NCBI GenBank assembly: GCA_008632985.1
Contig: QPGO01000064.1
Coordinates: forward strand, 248,001-312,000
Direction: 5' to 3'
From: Psammoneis japonica
Lineage: Eukaryota
DNA: 64,000 nucleotides
Below, in pieces: positions 1 to 12,553 of this stretch. The notes beneath the pieces are model-generated. The model searched no databases, was not told the origin of the DNA, and worked only from the letters and a program-made list of their open reading frames with translations. Numbering within the stretch: the first letter of the stretch is position 1; every line of letters starts with the position of its first letter. Made by a program: the position numbers and the translations under genes.

Positions 1-17
1 AACGTCACTACTCTACC

Positions 18-1387
18 ATGGCCAAGGGCAACAAGAAGCAAAAAAGCAAAAGTAGACACGACGAGAACGGTTCTGACAATGACACTCTTGATGTGGATGA
101 GGAAAAAGTCGTGGTAAAGCTCAAGGATTTGGATTTTGCGCAACGTCGCGAGCTTCAACGCAAGGCTGCTGCCGAAAAACGCAAGGCCAAACAACGTTGT
201 TATTTGTGCGGTAAAACGGGCCACGTGCGTCGTGAATGCCCCGGTATTGCCGACGATGGTCGGGGTGAATCAAAATACACAAAGTCCAAGGGTGACTCTG
301 GAGCGACACAACTCAAGGCGAGCAGCAAGGGAGCTAGAAATCGAGGGCGAAAGCAAGACAAGAACAATAACGCAAGCAGCGACACAGTAAAACTGCCTTT
401 TGGATTTTCTGCAACACAAGGAGAAGAACAAGATGTCGATCCATTTGTGTACTATGACGCAGGAAGCGATGTGTCGCTACTCTCGATTATCTTCGTACAG
501 GACGAGGCAAGAACAAGCTTGCAATGAGGGAAGCAATTTCAGAATACAAACATGCCTTGGATACTGCATCCACCACTTCCAATTTTGGTGGGATGATTTC
601 TAGATCCATAATCAAACCTGATCATCCATGGACGCCTGAGAGTGCGCTTGATCGAGACGATGTATTCTTTGTTGTTGGTCTCGGTGCGGCAAGAGGCAGT
701 GGGGACGGTCCGGATTCTGGATTTGTGAACCATGTCGTTGAAACGGTTTTGGGTAATGACAGAATTGTTGGGCTATATTGTGACTTGGATCTTTCTCCTA
801 CAACGACAAGTCGGTCTGGATTTGATGCCGAATCTCAGCTTCACCTTGTACGTCGTTCTTGCGAAATTGCTGGAAAGACGAATGTTGCCATTCAGATTCG
901 TGCATTGCCATCAGCGGCAAATGACGATTCTGATGATTCGTCCGATAGTCCATATGCAGAACTCATGATGAACCTTGACCGTATTGTTCATGATGCCATT
1001 ACAGAATATCCGTCTCTCAAGATTCATCTCTCCCGTTGGGTGGGTAACAGTGATCACATGTACAAGCTATTAACAAAGTACCCAAACAACGTCTGGATTG
1101 GCATGGATGGCACTGTAACTTTTGCAAAGGCCAAGCACGCACACGAGTGTGCCTTTGATGTTCCGCTGTCCAAGCTAGTCTTGGAAACGGGCTCTCCAAG
1201 CACCATACCATCCAAGGTTTCTCGAGCCAAGGGTCGACAAGCCTTTTGTCATTCCGGGCTTATTCCCTTTGTTGCAGAGGCAATTGCCAAGTACAAAACG
1301 TCACCATCGCTCGAGATTACTGCCGAGCAAGTTGCACGGGCGGCATCCGAAAACACTCTCGTATTGTATCCACAGCTTCATCGTTGA
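18..1387 (+). CDS. CCHC zinc-knuckle + TatD-family metal-dependent hydrolase/DNase; frameshift near 471
   Basis: CYLCGKTGHVRREC knuckle in ORF 18-527. TatD-like motifs (KIHLSRW, WIGMDGTVTF, LVLETGSP) in ORF 524-1387. The alternate frame from ~472 reads VATLDYLRTGRGKNKLA straight into MREAI. Confidence 0.75.
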
Positions 1388-1563
1388 AAGTGTAGCACAA
1401 CAGGGTTGCCATTGGAAAATGGATTACTGTTCCTTTCTTAGTTTCTCCTTATAAGATCGAGTCCGGGCCAGAGCGGTTGTGATGTTCGCCGTGAAAGACT
1501 ATTGATACAGCTAACCGCTACCGCTATCAAATGCGATATTATTCACGCATCAATCGCCTGCTC

Positions 1564-3170
1564 TTACACTCCTACAAATATTCGTCGCATCTCTGCGGCG
1601 CTCGCCTTGTAGTGCAAGCCACCACTACCGCATGAACCAGATAGTGTCTTTTCAATTTGCATTCTCCATTCGCTTTGATTCTTGGGTGCTGCAAATTTGC
1701 ATCCCACCCGAACGATTCTCCCCCTTGGAGACGGCGGTGTATTGGTCAAAGCAATGTTTTGAGTCTTGAGATCCCACGGACTAAAGGCGCCATGAAGCGA
1801 CCGTCCAGCAGGAGAGTACAAGACGACTCCACCATTGTGATGGTTTGGACTTAATTCCACGTCCACACCAGACTTTCCAGTCGGTGTAAAGCCCAGCCCG
1901 CGCTGCAAGACGAGCGCCAAGATGGGCTTGTGAATCAATCCCGTCACGGGTTTAATGCCCGCCTCGAGACAGAGTCGTACCCAAATGGCTAGAATAATTT
2001 TGGATAATCCACGTTGTCGTTCGTTTGGATCAAGATACATTCCCAACAAGGAACTGGTGCCCTTGTTATTGGTGTCTGAAAGCGAATTAATCATGAGCAA
2101 GTAGCCAATCTTGCTCTTGTTGTTTCTGGCGTCGTTATCGAAGAAGAGCATCTTGATGCCATTCTTGGACGGATTTCGATTCGCTGAAAAGGCAACTGTA
2201 ATGTTTGCATCCTTGGCAATATAGTGCCCAAAGATCCAGTAGGCATTCTTGCCTGTTCCGACCCTGATCATATTTTTTGCTTGGTCCTTCCAACTATTCT
2301 GAAAGAGCCCATGATTCACTACCACGGCCGTCCGGTATTACTGTCTCGCCGCATATCAATCTCTTTCGCCATGCTCATGTTGCCTCGCTTTGCATATGCA
2401 TTTGAAACCATATAGTATGTTTCATGATTGGGTCTTAACTTTGGATTGGTGTCCTGTTCCGTTCGAATCAAGAGCTCATATGCGTGGTCCAACATTTCTG
2501 CACCAATCAAGGCAGCAAGAGTTCTATGAAAAGAAACACGATCAGGAGGCGCAAGAGTTGATTTGGGGGATGACATTTTGTTTAGGAGCTCGAGCGCATG
2601 ACGTCCTTGCTTTGCCTTGACTAGACACGTCAAGACGGCATTGCACGACAGAGTGGAAATCATGGAGGCCGGCATGCGGGTTTCAATTATGTCGAGTGCC
2701 TCTCTCCAATAAATACCACCACACGCGGCAATGGCTGCATTCCAACTTCCCGCTTGTGGAGTAGGAGCTTCTTGTAACAATTGCAGAGCTAACATGGTTT
2801 CGTTGCATCGCCCACAAATCGAAATCGCCATGGCTCGACATCGTTCAAACGAAAAGTCTCTGTTTTCTGATTTTATTTTTGTGCTGTTGTAGTATAATTC
2901 CAACGTAACATCATGTCGACGAGCTCTACCACACACATCCATGGCTGCAATAATGGGCTCATCACTCTGAAAAAGCGCTGATTCATCATGATTGAGATGA
3001 GAAATTGCACATTCGACATTTGCTTTGCAAGCTCGGATCTTGCGTGCCAACAAAATGCCGCTGCTTTTCGATGATGGAACCAGAATCGACAACGTGTGGC
3101 ATAGAGGACAACCAACCAGCCATATCGATGCGAGGAAACTAAGAAGCCATGCTCGTCTCATGGCTTTCAT
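1564..3170 (-). CDS. Pentatricopeptide-repeat protein with C-terminal GNAT-like domain; frameshift near 2320
   Basis: PPR-like helical repeats (SWNAAIAACG, SCNAVLTCLVKAKQGRHALELLNKM, PDRVSFHRTLAAL), N-terminal hydrophobic signal, and GNAT motif-A-like LGMYLDPNERQRGLSKIIL in the abutting ORF 1564-2325. Confidence 0.65.
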
Positions 3171-3420
3171 CTTTCATCATTGTGTACCGGCCGATCGTCG
3201 TGCGCTCGTCGCTCGTTCCAGTCAGCATAGGGCATCCGGAATTTTGGGTTCTGCGGACATTTGGTCCCGGATGTATTCAACATCACGACTAAAAAAATCG
3301 ACAGGGCAAACGGCCAGGGCAGCTCGAGGCTCGAGCCAGGAGCCAGGAGGGCCTCCCACCATGAACAACCACGCACCGCCATGATGCACCGGCGCTCTGT
3401 TCGTAAGTAGGCTGATAGGG

Positions 3421-5962
3421 TTGAATGATACAGTATTCTCTTTAAAAAAGAATGGCATCAACGATCACAAGAGATTGTTGCAAGAGCTGTATCCAGATTT
3501 GATTGCAATTCTCGACTCCGAGTTGGATCGCGACGTTGTTTTATCTTTTCCAGATGTCCAACGCAACACACTGAAGACTTTGTACAATTACAACGACGCA
3601 ACTTCAACTGCTCATAGTCAAGATAAATCACCAAAGGGATCGGTCGATGTCGCCATTCGACCACTGGTGGACTTGATAAATTGTCATCCCTCCTTTTCGA
3701 CTCTATCGTCGTGTTCTGGGCGAATTACACTCTTTGATCCGAAACTACTGGCAGCATCTGCAACTTCAGACAATGAGATATTACAGACACCATCTGTCAG
3801 TGGCAAGGGCTTTGGTGGTTGGTTGTTGTCGAGTCACGAACAGGTGGATCCCAATATTTTATCAACCTTGATGCCAGATGATGATGCGGACAGCAATGAA
3901 ACAAATCATCTCGTATTCAAGTTTGAGCCGCTCCTGTTGCATATTGCAGCGTCCACCTTGCCACGTGCACGTCAATTGCTTTCTCTCGCATTGGCTCTGG
4001 GATTTCGAGAATCGGGCTTGATGCTATCCAATGCCAAGGTGACTGTGGCCATTCGTGGTACAAGTCTGGCACTGGCTGTACCATTGGCACCTTGTGGTCC
4101 TTTGCGACCACCCAATTCATACTTGCAAGCACTTGTGCAAGACGCCAACAAGAGATTACAAACCAATCTCGACAAACTCAAACGATTGCACAGTACTGTC
4201 CAAGAGAGTTTGTTTCGACCCAAACAACGACAACACTCTGGCACATACTCTGACTCGTTGCCTTGCTTGAATCTATGGGGACATGCTGCTGTAGCACTTT
4301 GTAACGACTCGAATAATGCCGTGCATGTTTTTGTGTTTGGTGGGTACGGGAGTGGTCCGCAGGTAGTAGAGAGTGAAACTTGTAACAATACCTCGACGAC
4401 TTCTTGTCAGCGATCTCGTCATGTCTATCGACTCTCACGACGAGACGGTGCATGGCAACAGGCATGGACACGCGTGACTCCAACCGACGCATCGCGAGGC
4501 AGCGAAAGTACAGCCCATGGTATCGAAACTACAAATGCAGAGTTTACACCACGCGAGGGCCACGATGCGTTTGCCATTTATCCGAGCAATAATGGAGCAG
4601 CCCTTGTCGTGATGTGGGGCGGAAGGACGAGTCCTGCAAAGCCTTGCTCCAACGACTTGCTCCTGTTTAATCCGACTACCGGCACTTTTGCAACACCAAT
4701 CAAGGTTCATGGCGAAACGCCCTCACCCCGATGGGGGCACAAGCTAACGCCACTACCATCAAACTCTGATAATTCTTGTGTGGCAGTGTTGACAGGAGGA
4801 CGCACAACCGATCAATGCTGTAGTGATGCCGTCCATGTACTGTCGCTGATTAAAAGTCACGAGAGCAGCAATCACTTTGCGTGGGAACAAATTCTTTGCA
4901 ACAATGATTGCTTTATGCCCCGGTTTCATCATTCTGCAGTTTTTCATAGCGATTCATCCAGCCTTGTCATCTTTGGAGGGTTGTCAAATCCCAATAATCT
5001 AATCGAGCCATTTTCGTTGGACGACAGTCACGGGATTATTGAATCCGTGTCTGCATACCACCTGGATCTAGAGGACAAAACAATGGACAAGGACATAAAA
5101 GAGGTGCCTACGGAAATGCCATGTTTGTTTGGAGCATCTGCGGCTTGGTTCCGGAATGAAGGCCTCCTTGTCGTCTCTGGTGGTGTGCATGGCTCGATGG
5201 AAGATCTTGCGGACGATTCCACCGGGAGTTCGCTGCATTTCTACTATTACATCATAAAGGACAAAGGACAAGATCTCCGTCTCATCCCAGTTGAGATTTC
5301 ATCGTTCGCATCAAGCGATAACAATTGCATACTGAATTTGGGATCCATGGTTCATCACACTGCACTCTCCGTCCATCTCGAGAGGGATACTCAGAGCTAC
5401 TGCTCTTGGGAGGCGGAGTCTTGGCGTTTGCGTTTGGACCCACCTTTGCCGAGTACGTATGATTGTTGCATTTTACCTGTATCACGTTTGCACTGTTTGT
5501 ATCATGCAGTGCCTCATTACCTTGTTTTGTTTGACGCACAGAAACTATCGGATTCAGCTTGTTCCCGACACATACGAAAGCGCAAGTCTGTCATACTCGG
5601 CTCGTGCCGTCAAAAAGTCTACGTCACCTTCTCCTTGTACGATATCAAAACCTGAAGCTACTCCCCAATCTTCAAGCGGAGCTGTTGTAACAGACGTTCT
5701 CTACGTTTTACCAAAACATGCCAAGCTTGTAAAAACAAGTCTTGAGGAGCTGGGATATCTGAACAAGACCTATCGAATGAGGACAGCAAAAAACGAAACA
5801 GAGAAGCAAATTGCAATTCCCGTCTCGGAAGAATGCTTACAACAGCTCGAGAGCAGCTCACCAAACAATATGAGTTGGCAGCCTTTTGTCATTGAAACTG
5901 GTCAACAGCAAATGCCCTATAGCACAGTCGTGATGGGTCGGCAAGCACAACGAAACAAGTGA
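3421..5962 (+). CDS. TYW3: tRNA wybutosine-synthesis protein TYW3 fused to kelch repeats; start uncertain, probable intron ~5454-5541 and frameshift ~5390
   Basis: DKSPKGSVD..LVDLIN..TLSSCSGRI, KFEPLLLHI and GFRESG are TYW3 motifs. Kelch motifs VFGG, WGGR, PRWGH, PRFHH. Confidence 0.85.
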
Positions 5963-6449
5963 CAACGTGGCGGAAGTATGCCTAGAGCTGGCCTCCCGCT
6001 GGACAAGACAAACTTTAGCAGTGTTTGGTCATACGTCGGCATGGTAGGGCTACACTAGTCGGTCTTCTTAAAGATAATGGATGGCTATCTCTCTAGTGGG
6101 GAGAGCGCGCGCGAGAAGATTCGACGAAGCAGCTGAAAGTTAGATCTATTCATTGCTTCAAGCGGATTTGAACAACGGCTGCTGAGAAACGACGTGCCGG
6201 CTACGGTACATATGGTTATGGGAGTTTCACAGCAATTCAACGTGACTTGTCGATGATGCTTTGGTAATTTTCTAGCTGCCGCATCTCCCGCCAACACATT
6301 CAGCCAATCCATCAAATCAAAAGTCATTGTCGTGTTCCGAACCTACTAGCAGTCCACCGGTTTGAGAATTGCGTGACTGCAGGGATAGCTACTTTTTTAT
6401 TTTTAAAAAAGGAATCGATTCTATTTGTAGAGAGGATTTTGAATGAAAA

Positions 6450-6956
6450 ATGCCATCACCAAAAAGACAAAAGCTGTTTGAAGGGACATCATAGTCAACT
6501 ATAATTGATCCATTCGATGAGTTTGTCCCAGTCATACTCTTTTCACCTACGGTGCTTTGAAATATGCTGGTACCTGGCGCCGTCCAAGATTTCGTTGCCA
6601 AGAGATCAGGCATTCGGTGATACTGGCGATTGCCGTGATTGTAAGGCGAGTTCGAAATTGAGTTGGAGCGTTCAATGGTGCATCCCACCAGTGGCGTGCC
6701 ATCTAAAGTATTGCTTATGAAAGGGTTTAACTCTCACTTTTGCAAAGTGCTTCCCATAATCTGGTATCGGCACAACTCGGTCGAGCTCGACAACGTATCG
6801 GTTCACAGCATCTATGAGATTTTTAAAACTGGTCTCAATCTCTTAACCTCAAGCGCCATCAAGAGGTTCACCTTTCCATATCACCATGGAGTCGATTGCT
6901 TCCTGCCGCGTCTTCAACATCAAGTTTTAGGTTCTAAAGAAGCAGAGAAAGCATAA
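6450..6956 (+). pseudogene. Possible decayed ORF with five in-frame stops
   Basis: ATG 6450 (MPSPKRQKLF) is in frame with ORF 6663-6956 but interrupted by TAG/TGA/TGA/TGA/TAA. No family recognised. Confidence 0.2.
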
Positions 6957-6978
6957 TAGACGTTGCGTCATCTCGTGA

Positions 6979-7596
6979 CTACCATTCAGACGAGACAATC
7001 CTGCTATTTGTCGTATCCTCGTTGTCATCAGCTTTACTAGAGGGGTGAGATTCCTTTTGACTACGTTCTGATGCGTCTTGCATAACTTGTTTCAACGAGA
7101 AATTCTTCAAATTGAGTTGCACCGTGACGAGTTTGAACTTTGCTCTGATTCGTTGCATCTTGGCTGAAATATCCAAATCTCCTTTGTACTCATCCCTACT
7201 GCTCGAACGAAGCATATCGTTCATGGATGACTCGAATTCATCAATCATTCCCCGTAATTCATTCATTTGTGCATTGATTCGATCTGTACGTTTGAGTCTG
7301 GATGCTTCCTCGTCAGCGTTGGCTGCAACATTTAGAAATCCTCGTATAAATCCCAGCTCGATACCAAACTCGATTGCTTTTTGTTTTCCAAGCTGATAGC
7401 CGTCTCTGTATCCTGATGCAAGACCCGCTTCACGACCTTGTTGTCGACCCTGCTGCAGATACTCATCGTGTGGATTGACGCAAATGTCGTCCCACGAAAC
7501 TTGGGCTGCTTCTTTGTCGTGCTGCTGTGCTGGCTGTGCTTGTTGTTTCTCCGACATTGCTTCTTGAGCTTGAAAGAGAAATTTTCTATCATTCAT
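6979..7596 (-). CDS. LTO1/ORAOV1-like (Yae1_N domain) protein
   Basis: deca-GX3 motif QGRQQGREAGLASGYRDGYQLGKQKAIEFGIELGFIRG and C-terminal MQRIRAKFK. Confidence 0.75.
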   Translation of the reverse strand: MNDRKFLFQAQEAMSEKQQAQPAQQHDKEAAQVSWDDICVNPHDEYLQQGRQQGREAGLASGYRDGYQLGKQKAIEFGIELGFIRGFLNVAANADEEASRLKRTDRINAQMNELRGMIDEFESSMNDMLRSSSRDEYKGDLDISAKMQRIRAKFKLVTVQLNLKNFSLKQVMQDASERSQKESHPSSKADDNEDTTNSRIVSSEW

Positions 7597-8189
7597 AAGA
7601 CGTCGAAAGCTACTAGCTAGCTAGTAACACTTGTTTTCCGCTATGGCCACGAGACACTGCGCCGCGTTGTATGTGTTCTCTGCTTCTTGCGAACTCCCTC
7701 CACCGCGCAGTGCTCAACTTCCAATGGAAAAACAGGCGTTCTCTCTAGTAGCTAGAGTAGAGGATAAGCGAGCTTGCCAACAGTAGCTAAAGAGTGCTGC
7801 TGTAAATAATCAAAAGCCAACACGGACGTCTTACCCTCGTCGAAGCGGATGATGCGTGCGTTGTTCGTTGCTTTGAGGGCGTCTTTTTGGAAATTTTGGA
7901 ATTTTTGAAATGGGCTGGCGCGATTCATGTAGAAAATATACCAGTCGTTACGACGCACCTTCGCAAACAGCAGAATATAAATGTACCACAGCGATTGCAT
8001 TGCGGCAGCTACCGTGATGATTTCAATACGGTATTACGGTAGGTAGACCCTACCGGTACGGTGATTACCGCCCGGTATTCTAAAAGTCAGCATCTCTATT
8101 CACACCGAGAACGCACGGAGAATACTTATTCTGTCTCTTACAGTGTTGTTGTTGCAATCGTTTTGCGTCTTTCGTACTATCCCAACGCC

Positions 8190-10099
8190 ATGCCTGGATT
8201 ATCTTCTCCAGAATCGCCTCTTGCCAAGAAGCGTCCGGCATCGGACGCTTTTGCGGAACTCATGAGTCCGAAAACGAAGCGAGCGAAAACAAAGCCCGTG
8301 ATTAACGCCTTTGAAGAGATGATGCAGTCCGCAAGCAAGCCTGATGCCTTCTGCCCCGTCTCGAATGAATCAATCATGGAGTACTTGGAGGAAAATCCAT
8401 ACTTTCGTCAGATCCTTGGAGAATTCATCTTTATGGAGAGGCAAGTATCTGACTCTGAGAAAAAGCCTGCAGCAATTCCGCAGGAAGAACGGAGGAACCA
8501 GATCACGAGGAAGACAATTCAGTAGTACGAGAAAACATGTATCGTCTTTACGGCGGGTATCTGAGCTATGACTCCGATCCTGATACGTACGGGGATTGCT
8601 TAGAGCATCGTCGGCTCGCTCAGGTTTGGCAGGTCGAAAAGCTTCGAGAATCAGTTCCCAATTCGAATCTGCAGATACACACCAATGCCGAGTTGCCTCC
8701 TCCTCCATCAAATCCCAGCTCAGATGCAGCGCTGATTGGAATTCGAGTACATTTTGCGGATAAGCCTGATAAGAGTTGCATCAAGGGCTTTACCATGATT
8801 TATGACGACGATACGGAAATTCCAGTTGGCCAGCTAGATGGAACAAAGGTAGCAGAGATTGTGTTGAACAAGGGTGAGCAAATTGTTGGCGTGAAAGTCC
8901 ATCATAAAAGTGGACGCTTCAAATATATGGATCGCATTGGCTTTAAAAAATCAAGTGAAAACCGTTGGCTGATCGCATTTAAAGGAGAGATTATTTCGGG
9001 CTTAGACGACCCATCGGTAGATTTCCCGCAGACTGGGATTAATCGACACCTTCAGAAACGAGTTCCACAGGGAAGGGTACTCCGGAGCATTGAATTTGAT
9101 CCTGAGAGCCTGCCCCCAATGTTTGACATCGTTACAGTCCCTTCAGATGAGATGACGGCGGCCAACGAAGAAATGGTCAGTAGACAAGATATTCGCTCTC
9201 TCCAGTCGCTCATAAAGGACCAGACTGTCGGTCGTTTCAAAGCACGAGCAGCATCAACGAGTCAATCTGTATTAAAACTGCTAGCAGCTTCAAAAGAGGA
9301 TGTAGAGACCGACCTTTATATGCACAACAAACGCCTGCGATCCAAGCTGCAACGTAGTCCCGAAGCCGCTTTTATCAGGTTTCTAGATCGCTTACGAGAC
9401 AAGACGGCCCAGCAGTTGGACCGCATGAGTAGTCGACTCCAGCGTGAAAATGAGCTTCATCGAGTAAAGCTTAATGCCGATTTTCAAAAGCTAAAGACTG
9501 ACTCCAAAGCACGTTGTCAGCAAGAGCAACTTGAAACATACAAGGACCACCTTGAATTCCACGACCTGAACGCCAGATTGTCGGCCAAGCACAACGATAT
9601 TGATGCCGACGGGTCCAACGAGAGACTGTGCATCTTTCCGGATTGTCGTAGAACCTTTTGCCCAGGCAAATTACCACTTGCAAGGCGATGCGTGGTGGGA
9701 GGGTGTGCTTCTGCTTTTCAAACCTGTGGATGTCTACACAATATTTGCGACATATGCCACAAAAGCGTTTGCCCGTGGCATGCGGATGAACATGCCAAGT
9801 CTTGTCTAGAAAGTGCCCCCCAGAAATGTGGCTATCAGAACCGTGGTGGTATTTACGATCTGCATTCTTTGGTGCCGGGCTGCTGCCAACGTACGGATTG
9901 CGCATTGTTTGAGTGTTATTATTGCAAAGCAAAAAGCTGCGCGAGATGTGGAGAGGATTGTCCACGGTGCAATGCATTCTGGTGCAAAGCATGTTTGGAT
10001 CTCTCTTTCCCTCCAAATATGTCATGCTGCTTGTATTGCGACTTTCATGAAGGTCGCCTCCGGGCCATCGAGTCAAGCAGTGAAAGTGATTCTGAGTAG
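8190..10099 (+). CDS. Hypothetical protein with beta-prism/jacalin-like segment, coiled coil and Cys-rich C-terminus; frameshift ~8515
   Basis: Long ORF 8537-10099 preceded by ORF from ATG 8190. IVLNKGEQIVGV resembles jacalin-like strands. Many CxxC pairs at the C-terminus. Confidence 0.5.
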
Positions 10100-10557
10100 T
10101 CGCATTCGGAACAGAGGCCGCCTCTGAAACTCATTGCAACTGCGTCTATGGGGTTGGCCAGAGGTAGATATATACACATTGGCAACCGCAAACTTGCCCA
10201 ACAGGGATTGGGTTTATGCGGTAGCATCATGGGCTCCATCCTCCTTTCCGCTCCGAGTTCCAAACCACGCGAATATCGATTGTTTTAAAGACCACATCTA
10301 TCGCAAAAGTCTGATCTGTGTAAGAAGTGTCACCGAACTTTACTCGTTGCTTTCTGCCAAGAGGCAGCAAAGGAAAACGCTGCTCCTACCATCGCGGCAG
10401 AGAATTTCGATAACATACCGTACGCACTTCATTCTTGAGAGCTAAGCAAAACACGAGACTACTCGATTCCGCAATGGAACGATCCGTGACGCGCAAGAAG
10501 ACTGTCACACCTTGATTTTGTTTACAGAGCTCACTATAACAAGTGAATAGTTTCCTA

Positions 10558-12095
10558 CTACTTATCCTTCTTGCTTTCGTCTTCCTCTTCGTCCTCATCA
10601 AGCGATGCTAAAAGCTCGAGTTCATGGATTACATTTGGTGCCATCGACAAGCGTTTGAATGAAGAGGAGTTGCCCAATCCAAACCCCGCGTCGTCAATTT
10701 CTTCTTGACTCATACCGGCCTTTCGCAATTCGTTTTGAGTCTCTTGATAGAGACTCGCACGATAGGTGCTCAACCTTCGAACAGATCCGCAATCTTTGAC
10801 GCTGAGGCGGCGCATGGAACCCTGTGGCGATTGAATGTCCTTGCTCGACATCCTCATGAGAGAGCTTCGTAGCATTCCAGCAACAGAGCCTCTGCGTGGC
10901 ACAATGGACGACTGCCGACGCCGGAGAATTTGCAGCGGTTCTTGCACGTGCGTCACCCTGAAATCTTTTTCATACGGACCAAACACTACCGAGTAATATC
11001 GGTCGCGGGTGCAAGAGTATGACTCGTCACTTGGGCGGAGACCACAAATGGTGTGTAGGAAGCAACAGGCCTGAGTCACCATGAAGAAGTTGGGCGCAAA
11101 GAAAAGAAGCATTCCAATAGACCAGAGGAAGGTCTCTGGGCTTCTAAATAGTGCTCGATGTCCATAGGCGATGCCCTCAATGAACGAGAGCGGTAGAATC
11201 TGAATCGGCACGAGCAACCCGCCAAGGATCCACATGATTAAGCGAGAAACAATGTCTGTCCTCTCCATCATGTCTTGGGCACTTTCCCAGCAATGTTCCG
11301 ACTCTTCAAGACCATGCCAAGCATAAACCCATTTCGGCTGAGAATAGGCTCGATCGTACAGCCATGGGTTATCAGCAAGGGCTCCAGTCAAGACGACAAA
11401 CCCGGATTCCAAGTATGCAACAAATGCCATTGACAGATTCTGTGGTAGATAACGAAAGAACAAACTCCAGATTCTGCGATATCCAGCTGGATAGGCAATG
11501 GCCTTTTCGCCATGTCGACTGTAAAGAAGCTGACACTTTCCATGATTGATCTCCTGTGCCATCATTCCCTCACAAGCAACATAGTCCCCGTCTTCTTCTT
11601 GCACTCTTTGCTTGTCGTTTCCCATAGATTCATGAATTCCCAGCTCGAAACGAATCAACAAGGCGCTAAACTGCAGCCAGAACATTTGAAGGAAAACAGA
11701 ATAACCAAGATCAGCAGGGTCAAAGGTGTAATCCATGTTTGGAAATTTAACTCGAGGCTCGCGAACGTTGATCTGGATGCCTTTGAACGGAGGACGCCAG
11801 GCGTATCCTTTCCAGTAAATTGAAAATACAACAGCAGACAGAACCAGCCCAAGAGCCCAAGCCACACAGTGGCAGAACCAAATGCTACAATCAAAGCATC
11901 CATGACTGCATACATGATCCAGCCGGCAAAAGCAAAGGATGCCAACGGGCGCATCAACGCTGTCGGCGCAAGTTCGGGCAACGTCTCTTTTCTCTGAAAC
12001 ATAAAGAGAGCAGCAAGACGCTTGTCGCCAATCAAAACTAGTCCGAGAAACAAGGCTCCCAGCACCAGACCGACGATCAGTCCTGTTTGCTCCAT
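10558..12095 (-). CDS. Membrane-anchored predicted metal-dependent hydrolase (ferritin-like diiron); frameshift ~11850
   Basis: AQEINHG, FVAYLE and WHGLEESEH (ExxH pairs). N-terminal transmembrane helices in ORF 11655-12095. Confidence 0.65.
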
Positions 12096-12229
12096 CCTTC
12101 TTTACTCAACACTATTACCAATACAAAACAACTCAGCCTCTCGCCAGATCATCATCCGCAATAGGGAACTACTTCGGCACCTCTGTCGGCTGCGATGATG
12201 CATTCTTCTACTATCGGTATTCGGCATCC

Positions 12230-12240
12230 GCGCGGGAAAA
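12230..12240 (-). promoter_or_regulatory. E2F-like motif TTTTCCCGCGC
   Basis: In a divergent intergenic region. Identical 11-mer at 23975 and 56371. Confidence 0.45.
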
Positions 12241-12553
12241 TTCTGTCCGCCAGTGCGCATCATAATACGTAAAACCTACGATCAATTTGTACTGCGTTCT
12301 GCGAGCGTGCTAACCATCAAAAAATTATCAATTGGCATGCACAATAGCCCAGTCATTATCAAAACTTCAACTTACTCGTTCGCCAAAAATGCTCGCTCGT
12401 GCGAACGATAACCCGCCCGGGCGAAGCGCGAAGCACGCGGCACAACATTGAACACAACATTGAGCATCATAATATTCATACAGACGACTATCTTATGAGC
12501 CCTACAGTAGTCTAACCAATCGCATTGGTGTGTATTAGCCTCCCCGTCCCAGT

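Noticed and set aside
6085..6380. Methyltransferase-like fragment (LKP/GGLLV) on the minus strand
   Set aside because: Too short and frame-broken to support.
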